DNA of 24,000 bases from an uncultured Aestuariivirga sp. (GCA_964537655.1 CAZICN010000008.1:5499-29498); one strand, 5' to 3'; shown: positions 15,140 to 23,011, numbered from the stretch's first letter. The notes: a model not told the origin generated them from the letters alone. Translations and numbers: made by a program.

Positions 15140-15279
15140 AGGCCCTTACGAATGCCGATGGAACTACAGATCGTTAATCTCCGTGTCGCGGGTTCGAATC
15201 CCGCCAGGTCCCCCAATATGGACCTGTAGCTCAGGTGGATAGAGCAGGCTGTTTCATCACCTTCTTGTCGTAAGGACCT
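15140..15279 (+). ncRNA. YrlA-like Y RNA (module C): Ro-type stem plus circularly permuted tRNA-like domain
   Basis: Terminal stem AGGCCCTTACGA (15140-15151):TCGTAAGGACCT (15268-15279) with one C.A mismatch. Second stem 15157-15162:15253-15258 plus 15166-15169:15249-15252. Canonical T arm GCGGG-TTCGAAT-CCCGC (15188-15204). Acceptor CAGGTCC (15205-15211) / GGACCTG (15220-15226) closed by CCCAATAT. TA, then D arm GCTC-AGGTGGATA-GAGC (15229-15245). It lies directly downstream of rsr, as the Y RNAs do in Salmonella. Confidence 0.7.
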
Positions 15280-15298
15280 TCATTGGTAAGTAAAGAAA

Positions 15299-15844
15299 AT
15301 GGAAAAGAACATCACTCGGCTCAGCAAGTTTCTGAGCTACATTCTGCGCCACGCACCGGATGAGATCGGTCTCGTATTGAGCGAGGGCGGCTGGGTCTCG
15401 GCCAGCGAGCTCATCGCCAAAGCGGGCGCGCATGGATATCAGCTCACGCCGGAAATCCTCCGCGAAATCGTGGCGAGCAATGACAAAAAGCGCTTCACCT
15501 TGTCGCCGGATGGGGCGCGGATCAGGGCGGCGCAAGGTCATTCAGTGGCCGTCAGTCTCGATCTGGCACCGGTCACGCCACCGAGCCAGCTTTATCATGG
15601 CACGGCGGCGAAGGTGCTGGACAAGATCCTGGCGGAAGGCCTCACGCCGCAAACACGCCAGCATGTCCACCTCTCGCTCGATAGGGAGACGGCGCGCAAG
15701 GTGGGCATGCGGCACGGCAAGCCGGTCATTCTCCTCGTCGCGGCGGATCGGATGCATCATGATGGCCTGCATTTCTACAAGGCCGACAATGGCGTCTGGC
15801 TGACCAGCCATGTGGCGCCGCATTATTTGACTGTGAAGGATTGA
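15299..15844 (+). CDS. kptA: RNA 2'-phosphotransferase (Tpt1/KptA family, NAD-dependent)
   Basis: 181 aa. SKFLSYILRHAPDEIGLVLSEGGW...DKKRF...IRAAQGHS...LYHGT...HVHLS...A.KVG.RHG.PVIL...NGVWLT are collinear with E. coli KptA as recalled, including the R-H-R-R catalytic-type motifs (LRH, RAxQGHS, HVHLS). Confidence 0.9.
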   Translation: MEKNITRLSKFLSYILRHAPDEIGLVLSEGGWVSASELIAKAGAHGYQLTPEILREIVASNDKKRFTLSPDGARIRAAQGHSVAVSLDLAPVTPPSQLYHGTAAKVLDKILAEGLTPQTRQHVHLSLDRETARKVGMRHGKPVILLVAADRMHHDGLHFYKADNGVWLTSHVAPHYLTVKD

Positions 15845-15849
15845 AGACC

Positions 15850-17085
<1,236 letters not shown>

Positions 17086-17086
17086 C

Positions 17087-17131
17087 GCGTGATCCGGAAA
17101 AGTGGATGCCGGTTTTCCGATAAGATCACGC
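17087..17131. repeat. REP-like palindromic repeat (copy 1 in the rtcB-rtcA spacer)
   Basis: GCGTGATC-CGGAAAA-gtggatgccgg-TTTTCCG-ataa-GATCACGC. Outer stem 8 bp plus inner stem 7 bp, with an ATAA bulge. Confidence 0.7.
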
Positions 17132-17144
17132 GCAAAATAATGAC

Positions 17145-17210
17145 GCATCGGCCCGAAAAGCTCGTGGCCGGGTTAAACCCGGCCATCCCGGTTTTCGGAT
17201 AAGCCGATGC
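17145..17210. repeat. REP-like palindromic repeat (copy 2), carrying a nested 19-bp perfect palindrome
   Basis: GCATCGGC-CCGAAAA-...-TTTTCGG-ataa-GCCGATGC. The arms are identical to the 22179-22221 copy. Here the loop is expanded by GGCCGGGTT-A-AACCCGGCC (17166-17184). Confidence 0.75.
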
Positions 17211-17228
17211 GAAATTAGGATAAAGCAA

Positions 17229-18248
17229 ATGTTGACCATCGATGGCAGTCAGGGCGAGGGCGGCGGGCAGATCCTGCGCTCGGCTCTGACGCTTTCCTTG
17301 CTGACGGGCGAACCGTTCCGGATCGAGAACATCCGGGCCGGCCGCGCCAAGCCGGGCCTGCTGCGCCAGCATCTGGCGGCAGTGAAGGCGGCCGTGCAGA
17401 TTTCCGGCGGCAAGGCCCAGGGTGTCGAGCTCGGCTCGACCGCGATTACCTTCGAGCCGGGCGAGGTGCGGGCGGGCGACTATGCCTTTGCCATTGGCTC
17501 GGCGGGAGCCGCTTCGCTCGTCTTTCAGACTGTGTTCCTGCCGCTGGCGCGGCAGACGGCGGCCTCGCGTGTCACCATCGAAGGCGGCACGCACAATTTC
17601 GCAGCACCGCCCTTCGAGTTTCTCGACCGCGCCTTTCTTCCCGCGGTGGGCCGGATGGGCTTCGATGCGAAGCTCACTTTGCATCGGCATGGCTTCTATC
17701 CGGCGGGCGGCGGCAAGCTCGAGGCCGGGATCGGCCCGGTGCGCGCCGCGCCTGCGCGTTTTGCGCTCGAGGATCGCGGTGCGCTGCTGTCACGCACCGG
17801 CGAGGCGATGTTCGCCAATCTGGCCTTCGATATCGCCCAGCGCGAAGCCGGCAAGCTTCGGGAGCTTCTCCGGCTCGCCGACGGCGATGTGAAGATCAGG
17901 GAGGTCAAGGCCTCGGGGCCGGGCAATCTGCTGTGGATCGAGATCCGCCATGAACATGTCACCGATGTCTTCACCGCGCATGGCGAGCTCGGCGTCTCGG
18001 CCGAGCAGGTCGCGGGCAAGGTGGCGAAGCAGGTCGAGAAATATATCGAGAGCGAGGTCGCCATTGGCGCGCATCTCGCCGATCAGCTCTTGCTGCCCCT
18101 GGCGCTGGCGGGCGGTGGCCGCTTCACCACCACGAGGCCGACGCCGCATACCCACAGCAATATTGCGGTCATCGAGAAGTTCCTGCCCGTCGAGATCACG
18201 ATCGCCGAGACCGGACGCGGCGGGCGTCTGATCGAGGTGTCGCTGTAG
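17229..18248 (+). CDS. rtcA: RNA 3'-terminal phosphate cyclase RtcA
   Basis: LTIDGSQGEGGGQILRSALTLSLLTGEPFRIENIRAGRAKPGLLRQHL, AIGSAG, RHGFYPAGGG, ADQLLLPLALAG, TNIAVIEKFLPV are collinear with E. coli RtcA as recalled. Confidence 0.95.
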   Translation: MLTIDGSQGEGGGQILRSALTLSLLTGEPFRIENIRAGRAKPGLLRQHLAAVKAAVQISGGKAQGVELGSTAITFEPGEVRAGDYAFAIGSAGAASLVFQTVFLPLARQTAASRVTIEGGTHNFAAPPFEFLDRAFLPAVGRMGFDAKLTLHRHGFYPAGGGKLEAGIGPVRAAPARFALEDRGALLSRTGEAMFANLAFDIAQREAGKLRELLRLADGDVKIREVKASGPGNLLWIEIRHEHVTDVFTAHGELGVSAEQVAGKVAKQVEKYIESEVAIGAHLADQLLLPLALAGGGRFTTTRPTPHTHSNIAVIEKFLPVEITIAETGRGGRLIEVSL

Positions 18249-18249
18249 A

Positions 18250-18277
18250 GGCAATGCGCGCCGCCCACGGCATTGCC
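18250..18277 (+). terminator. Stem-loop after rtcA (possible terminator or operon boundary; no U-tract)
   Basis: GGCAATGC (18250-18257) pairs with GCATTGCC (18270-18277), with a 12-nt GC-rich loop. It starts 2 nt after the rtcA stop. No T-run follows, so its termination function is uncertain. Confidence 0.3.
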
Positions 18278-18311
18278 GATGGCGGGGCTGCCGGGCCATA
18301 GTCGGAAGGTC

Positions 18312-19919
18312 ATGACGGCGGCGTGGGATTATATCATTGTCGGGGCGGGCTCGGCCGGCTGCGCGGTGGCCGGCCGCCTGAGCGAGAATGGCCGGCATCG
18401 CGTGCTGCTTCTCGAGGCCGGACCTTCCGACCGCAATGTCTGGATCCGCATGCCGATCGGTTATGGCCGCACCTTCTATGATGGCCGCGTCAACTGGATG
18501 TACGAGACCGAGCCGGTTCCGGGACTAAACGGGCGTGTGAGCTACTGGCCGCGCGGCAAGGTCCTCGGCGGGTCGAGCTCGATCAATGCCATGGTCTATT
18601 CGCGCGGCCAGGCGTCCGATTTCGACGGCTGGGAGGCGCTGGGCAATCCGGGCTGGGGTTGGAAGGATGTCCTCGCCACCTATCGCAGGCTCGAGGATCA
18701 TGATCTGGGGACAAGCGAGTGGCATGGCAGCGGCGGGCCCGTGCATGTCACGACCATCGACGGCCAGGAACATCCGCTGAGCCGCCTCTTCATCGCCGCC
18801 GCACAGGAGACGGGGCTCGCCTTCACTTCCGACCTCAATGGAAGCACGATCGAAGGCGCCGGCCTCTATCAGATCACCACCCGCAAGGGCTTTCGCGAAT
18901 CCGCCGCCTCCGCCTATTTGCGGCCGAGGCCCAATCTTCGCGTGATGACCGGCGTCCAGGCGGCCCGCATCCTCTTCGAGGGCAGGAAGGCCGTCGGCAT
19001 CGCCTTTCGCCAGGGCGACGTGACCTGTGAGATGCGCGCCGGCCGCGAGGTCATCGTCAGTGCCGGCGCGGTGGGCTCGCCGCAGCTCCTGCAGCTTTCG
19101 GGGCTGGGCCCGGCCGCCCTTCTGCAGCGCCATGGCATTGCGGTGGTGAAGGACTGCGCCGCGGTCGGCCGCAATCTGCAGGACCATCTCTGTTATGATT
19201 TCACCTACCGCACCCGGGCGCCGAGCCTGAACAGCGTGTTGCGTCCCTGGCACGGCAAGCTCAGGGCTGGTCTCCAATATATATTGACGCGCAAGGGGCC
19301 GCTGTCGCTGAGTCTCAACCAGGCGGGCGGCTATTACCGCTCCGGCCCGGCGCTGCGGGCGCCCGACATCCAGCTTTATTTCTCGCCGCTCACCTATGAG
19401 AAGGCGCCGCCCAGAACCAGGCCGTTGATGTCGCCCGATCCGTTTCCGGGATTCTATACCAGCATCTCGCCCTGCAAGCCGAAGAGCGCCGGTCACCTGG
19501 AGATCAGGTCGGCGGATGCGCGCGAGCATCCGGTCATTCACCCGAACTATCTCTCCGAGCCTGGTGATCTGGCCGAGATGGTGCAGGCGGCACGCTTTCT
19601 GCGCCGGCTCGGCGATGCGCCGAGCTTCGCCGGGGTGATCGATGCCGAGCTCAAGCCCGGCAAGTCGGTCGAAAGTGACGCGGCGCTCGCCGAGGATATC
19701 CGCAACCGCGCCTACTCCGTGTTTCATCCGGTCGGCAGTTGCCGGATGGGTCCCGATCCGGCGACGGCCGTCGTCGATTCCCGCCTGCGCGTCCATGGCA
19801 TTGAGGCCTTGCGCGTCATCGACGCGTCGATCTTTCCGGTGATCACGTCCGGCAACACCAACGCGCCCTCTATCATGGTGGGCGAGAGAGGGGCGAGCTT
19901 CGTTCTGGAGAACGGATAG
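18312..19919 (+). CDS. GMC-family FAD oxidoreductase (choline/alcohol dehydrogenase-like)
   Basis: Inner start MTAAWDYIIVGAGSAGCAVAGRLSE with SD GGAAGG. GMC signatures GKVLGGSSSINAMVY and HPVGSCRMG...VVDSRLRVHGIEALRVIDASIFP. Confidence 0.9.
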   Translation: MTAAWDYIIVGAGSAGCAVAGRLSENGRHRVLLLEAGPSDRNVWIRMPIGYGRTFYDGRVNWMYETEPVPGLNGRVSYWPRGKVLGGSSSINAMVYSRGQASDFDGWEALGNPGWGWKDVLATYRRLEDHDLGTSEWHGSGGPVHVTTIDGQEHPLSRLFIAAAQETGLAFTSDLNGSTIEGAGLYQITTRKGFRESAASAYLRPRPNLRVMTGVQAARILFEGRKAVGIAFRQGDVTCEMRAGREVIVSAGAVGSPQLLQLSGLGPAALLQRHGIAVVKDCAAVGRNLQDHLCYDFTYRTRAPSLNSVLRPWHGKLRAGLQYILTRKGPLSLSLNQAGGYYRSGPALRAPDIQLYFSPLTYEKAPPRTRPLMSPDPFPGFYTSISPCKPKSAGHLEIRSADAREHPVIHPNYLSEPGDLAEMVQAARFLRRLGDAPSFAGVIDAELKPGKSVESDAALAEDIRNRAYSVFHPVGSCRMGPDPATAVVDSRLRVHGIEALRVIDASIFPVITSGNTNAPSIMVGERGASFVLENG

Positions 19920-19990
19920 GCTCTGCGGCGGCGGGGCCGAACCCATAAAAGGCAGGCCGATCAGCAGGTTAGGTATTATCCGGCACTCAC

Positions 19991-20024
19991 TTCAATAGAT
20001 TGTATAAAATATTCAATAGACAAT
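19991..20024. promoter_or_regulatory. AT-rich operator/promoter-like repeats upstream of the DapA-family gene
   Basis: A perfect 9-bp direct repeat TTCAATAGA at 19991-19999 and 20012-20020 (21-bp period). An imperfect 19-bp palindrome ATTGtATAaaaTATtCAAT at 19999-20017 (7 of 9 arm pairs). ATTGT (19999-20003) / ACAAT (20020-20024). Confidence 0.4.
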
Positions 20025-20080
20025 ATGAGAATCTTGCTGTAGGAAGCCTCTCACGATCAGCCCTTACTGCGAGGACTCCC

Positions 20081-21019
20081 ATGACATCGAGCCGCTGCTC
20101 CTGGACCGGCGTATTTCCGGCCGTCACCACCCAGTTCAAGAATGACGGACATTTCACGCTCGATCTCGACGCGACCGCCGGCGTCATCGAAGGCCTCATC
20201 CGCGACGGCGTCTCCGGCCTCATCGTCTGCGGCACGGTGGGCGAGGGCTGCTCGCTCACCCGCGCCGAGAAGCTCGGCGTCTATGAAATGGCGAAGTCGG
20301 TGGCGGCGAAGCGCGTCCCGGTCATTGGCGGGGTCGCCGAATATACGACGCCCTTCGCCATCGACACCGCGCGCGCCGCCGAACGCCTCGGGCTTGACGG
20401 CGTGATGGTCATGCCGGCGCTGGTCTATTCGGCGAAGCCCTTCGAGACGGTGGCGCATTACCGCGCCGTCGCCTCGGCGATCAGCCTGCCGCTGATGGTC
20501 TACAACAACCCGCCGATCTACCGGATCGATGTGACGCCGCAGATGCTCGCCGGCCTCGCCGACATCGACAATGTCGTCTGCTTCAAGGAATCCTCGGGCG
20601 ACACCCGCCGCTTCATCGATCTGAAGAACCTGGTCGGCGACCGCTTCACTTTGTTCGCCGGTCTCGATGATGTGGTTCTCGAAAGCATCGCCGTCGGCGC
20701 CGTCGGCTGGGTGTCGGGCCTCTCCAATGTCTTTCCGCGCGAAGGCGAGACCCTGTTCCGCCTGGCGCGCCAGGGCCGCTTCGCCGAGGCCATGGCGATC
20801 TACACCTGGTTCATGCCACTCCTCCATCTCGACGCCAGGCCCGATCTCGTTCAGTGCATCAAGCTGTGCGAGAACTTGGCCGGCCGCGGCTCGGCTCTGA
20901 CGCGCCCGCCGCGGCTGCCTCTGACGGAGATCGAGCAGGCCGAGATCGCCGCGATGATGAAGAAGGCGCTGGCGACGCGGCCGGGACTGCCGGATGTCGG
21001 CCTCGCCATCGCGGCCTGA
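20081..21019 (+). CDS. Dihydrodipicolinate synthase/N-acetylneuraminate lyase family (class I aldolase/dehydratase)
   Basis: Inner start MTSSRCSWTGVFPAVTTQF with SD GAGGA. GLIVCGTVGE, MVYNNPP, and the Schiff-base lysine context VVCFKESSGD. The specific substrate cannot be called from sequence. Confidence 0.8.
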   Translation: MTSSRCSWTGVFPAVTTQFKNDGHFTLDLDATAGVIEGLIRDGVSGLIVCGTVGEGCSLTRAEKLGVYEMAKSVAAKRVPVIGGVAEYTTPFAIDTARAAERLGLDGVMVMPALVYSAKPFETVAHYRAVASAISLPLMVYNNPPIYRIDVTPQMLAGLADIDNVVCFKESSGDTRRFIDLKNLVGDRFTLFAGLDDVVLESIAVGAVGWVSGLSNVFPREGETLFRLARQGRFAEAMAIYTWFMPLLHLDARPDLVQCIKLCENLAGRGSALTRPPRLPLTEIEQAEIAAMMKKALATRPGLPDVGLAIAA

Positions 21020-21198
21020 AACGGATCATGCTTGCGATTGCGGACGCAATCGTGGGAATTGGGAAACATCACGCTTGCAGGAGTCCACCGAAGCCGGGGA
21101 GATGCGCGCCGGCCGCGTCTCGGAAATTCCCTGTTCCGCGATCGTCTGGCGTCCTAACCCATTGATAAGGTTGAGGGCGCCTCCCATTTTTGCAAATT

Positions 21199-21262
21199 TT
21201 CCCTGTAGTTCCCTGTTATTCCCTGTAAACTCCCTGTAAATCCCCTGTAAATTCCCTGTTGT
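21199..21262. repeat. Array of six helically phased direct repeats, core (T)TCCCTGT(A/T)
   Basis: CCCTGT occurs at 21201, 21211, 21221, 21232, 21243 and 21254 (spacings 10, 10, 11, 11, 11 bp). The units are TTCCCTGTAG, TTCCCTGTTA, TTCCCTGTAAAC, TCCCTGTAAA, TCCCCTGTAAA and TTCCCTGTTG. An isolated TTCCCTGTT copy has CCCTGT at 21129-21134. The array is intergenic, between the DapA-family and SDR genes. Confidence 0.8.
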
Positions 21263-21343
21263 TGGACCGGACGGCCTCGAGGGCGCGGCGCGCATTCTCG
21301 GCGCGGGTCAAGATCGCGGGTTGCCCGGCGGAGAAATCCGCAC

Positions 21344-21372
21344 TTGACAGGTTGGCCAAGAATTATCTTATT
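21344..21372 (+). promoter_or_regulatory. Putative sigma70-type promoter of the SDR gene
   Basis: cTTGACA (21344-21349), N17, CTTATT (21367-21372) within a local AT-rich patch (ATTATCTTATTATATTATATTTAT), about 30 nt upstream of ATG 21404. The -10 assignment is ambiguous; TATTAT at 21369 is an alternative. Confidence 0.35.
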
Positions 21373-21403
21373 ATATTATATTTATCGACCCAGGGGTGCC
21401 ACG

Positions 21404-22177
21404 ATGCCAGATCCTCACCAGCCGGATTTCAGCCTTGCCGGCAAGGCCGTTCTCATCACCGGCGCCTCGCGCGGCATCGGCCGCGCCATAGCGCAAGGCT
21501 GCTGGCGCGCCGGCGCCGATCTGGTTCTGGGCGCGCGCGACACCACCGATGTCGCCGACATCGTGCGTGAGGCCCAGGCAGCCGGGCGCCGCGCTTTGGC
21601 CGTCCGGATGGATGTCGGAAAGCTTGCCGAGATCCGCTCGGGCGTCGCGGAGGGCCACAAGGCGATGGGCCGCATCGATGTCCTCGTCAATAATGTCGGC
21701 ATCGGCACCGAAGCGAACCCCGAGGATGTGAGTGAGGAGGATTTCGACCAGACCGTCGACATCAATCTCAAGGGCACCTTCTTCGTGACCCAGGCGGTCG
21801 GCCGCCTGATGATCGGCCAGGGCGGCGGGCGCATCGTGAATATCAGTTCGCAGGCCGGCACCGTCGCGCTGAAGAAGGAGTCGATCTATTGCATGACCAA
21901 GGCGGCGATCAATCATCTCACGCGCTGCCTCGCTTTTGAATGGGCGGTTCACAAGATCAACGTGAACAGCGTGGGGCCGACCTTCATCTGGACCGACGGC
22001 ACCCGGCCTTATCTCTCCGATCCGCGCTATCATGCCGCCACTCTGGGCCACATCCCGCTCGGCCGCATCGGCGAGCCGATCGATGTGGTGGGCGCGGTGA
22101 TTTTCCTCGCCTCGCCGGCGGCGGCGCTGATCACCGGCGCCAACCTCCTCATCGATGGCGGCTGGTCGCTGGGTTAG
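21404..22177 (+). CDS. Short-chain dehydrogenase/reductase (SDR) family oxidoreductase
   Basis: Inner start MPDPHQPDFSLAGKAVLITGASRGIGRAIA (TGxxxGIG). NNVGI, active-site Y-x3-K in IYCMTKAAINHL, C-terminal GANLLIDGGWS. Confidence 0.9.
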   Translation: MPDPHQPDFSLAGKAVLITGASRGIGRAIAQGCWRAGADLVLGARDTTDVADIVREAQAAGRRALAVRMDVGKLAEIRSGVAEGHKAMGRIDVLVNNVGIGTEANPEDVSEEDFDQTVDINLKGTFFVTQAVGRLMIGQGGGRIVNISSQAGTVALKKESIYCMTKAAINHLTRCLAFEWAVHKINVNSVGPTFIWTDGTRPYLSDPRYHAATLGHIPLGRIGEPIDVVGAVIFLASPAAALITGANLLIDGGWSLG

Positions 22178-22178
22178 A

Positions 22179-22221
22179 GCATCGGCCCGAAAAGTTGCAG
22201 ACTTTTCGGATAAGCCGATGC
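22179..22221. repeat. REP-like palindromic repeat (short form of the 17145-17210 element)
   Basis: GCATCGGCCCGAAAAG-ttgcaga-CTTTTCGGATAAGCCGATGC. The 16-nt left arm and 19-nt right arm are identical to the copy at 17145-17210. It starts 2 nt after the SDR stop. Confidence 0.75.
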
Positions 22222-22246
22222 GCCGTAACAATTAAAGTGAGAGCAC

Positions 22247-22287
22247 CCCGCGCTAGCTTGTTGGCCCGTTTTTTCGCATCCCGCGCT
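22247..22287. repeat. Fragments of the 10436-10488 repeat family, overlapping the 3' end of the GntR gene
   Basis: CCCGCGCTAGC (22247-22257) equals 10480-10490. TTTTTCGCATCCCGCGCT (22270-22287) equals 10470-10487. The GntR stop codon (complement of 22253-22255) lies inside the first fragment. Confidence 0.6.
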
Positions 22288-23011
22288 TCTTGGCGCCCTT
22301 CATGTGGCTGGCGATGAATTCGCGCGTTTCGCTGAGAAGTTTTTCCATGCTCATCCTCGCCGCTTCCGGATTGCGGGCGCGAATGGCCGAGAGCACGTCG
22401 CCATGCCGCGGCAGGAACACGCTGAAGGAATCGCTCGACGTCTGGTGGCTGATATAGAGGCCGACGGCGATCAAATGCCCCATCTGGTGCAGCAGCGCGT
22501 TCTTGCCGGCCGCCAGGATGGCGCGGTGAAATCTGAGATCGGCGTCGATCGCCGCCACGCTGCTGGGGCTCACTTTCGTCATTTCGGCGAAGGCCTCGGT
22601 GATCTCGGCGATGTCGCTGGCCGTGGCGCGCTGGGCCGCGAAGGCCGCCGCCTGCGGTTCGATCATCAGCCGGATCTCGAACAGTTCGCCATAGAACTGC
22701 GCCGGCGCCATGGCGCTGAAGCGCCAACTCAGCACCTCCGGGTCGAGCAGGTTCCAATGCGTCGGCGGCATCACCCGGATCCCGGTCCGCGTCTTCGATT
22801 CGATGAGGCCGCGCGCCGCCAGCGATTTGACCGCCTCGCGGATCACCGACCGGCTGGCGCCGAATTCGCGGCCGAGATCGGCCTCGATCGGAAACGGCTC
22901 GTCAGGGGTCAGGTCGCCGCGGATGATGCGGGTGCCGAGATCTTCGACGACATGAGCGAAAAGATTGCGCTTCTGCGCCCGCCCCAGCGCAAGCCTCGGA
23001 TGCTTGGACAT
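22253..23011 (-). CDS. GntR-family transcriptional regulator, FadR subfamily (FCD C-terminal domain)
   Basis: N-terminal winged HTH: EADLGREFGASRSVIREAVKSLAARGLIESKTRTGIRV. An all-helical C-terminal domain (LFEIRLMIEPQAAAFAAQRAT...DLRFHRAILAAGKNALL) typical of FCD. Confidence 0.85.
   Translation of the reverse strand: MSKHPRLALGRAQKRNLFAHVVEDLGTRIIRGDLTPDEPFPIEADLGREFGASRSVIREAVKSLAARGLIESKTRTGIRVMPPTHWNLLDPEVLSWRFSAMAPAQFYGELFEIRLMIEPQAAAFAAQRATASDIAEITEAFAEMTKVSPSSVAAIDADLRFHRAILAAGKNALLHQMGHLIAVGLYISHQTSSDSFSVFLPRHGDVLSAIRARNPEAARMSMEKLLSETREFIASHMKGAKKRGMRKNGPTS

Noticed and set aside
15010-15216. 68-aa minus-strand ORF (and other short ORFs) inside the rsr-kptA spacer
   Set aside because: It lies entirely within the structured ncRNA modules, has no SD, and its composition is dictated by the tRNA-like motifs.
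14940-15250. Possible canonical tRNA genes, suggested by three GGTTCxxATCC T-loops plus TAGCTCAGG and GGTAGAGC D-arm motifs
   Set aside because: No collinear cloverleaf can be built. Acceptor strands appear in 3'-then-5' order and are joined by a loop. Module B's anticodon-like loop lacks U33 and R37. Module A has only a 3-bp T stem. These are better explained as tRNA-like domains of Y RNAs than as tRNA genes or pseudogenes.
21173-21191. Possible terminator GAGG-gcg-CCTC followed by CCATTTTT after the DapA-family gene
   Set aside because: The stem is only 4 bp with a 3-nt loop, too weak to call as a feature. It is mentioned only as context for the repeat array.
21199-21262. CRISPR array, or a CsrB/RsmZ-like decoy RNA (the minus strand reads ACAGGGA six times)
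   Set aside because: It is not a CRISPR: the units are 10-11 bp with no spacers and no cas genes. The GGA-motif sponge idea is noted but set aside. The motifs are not presented in hairpin loops, no promoter or terminator brackets the minus-strand unit, and CsrA/RsmA homologs are generally not found in this bacterial group as far as I know. It remains testable by strand-specific RNA-seq.
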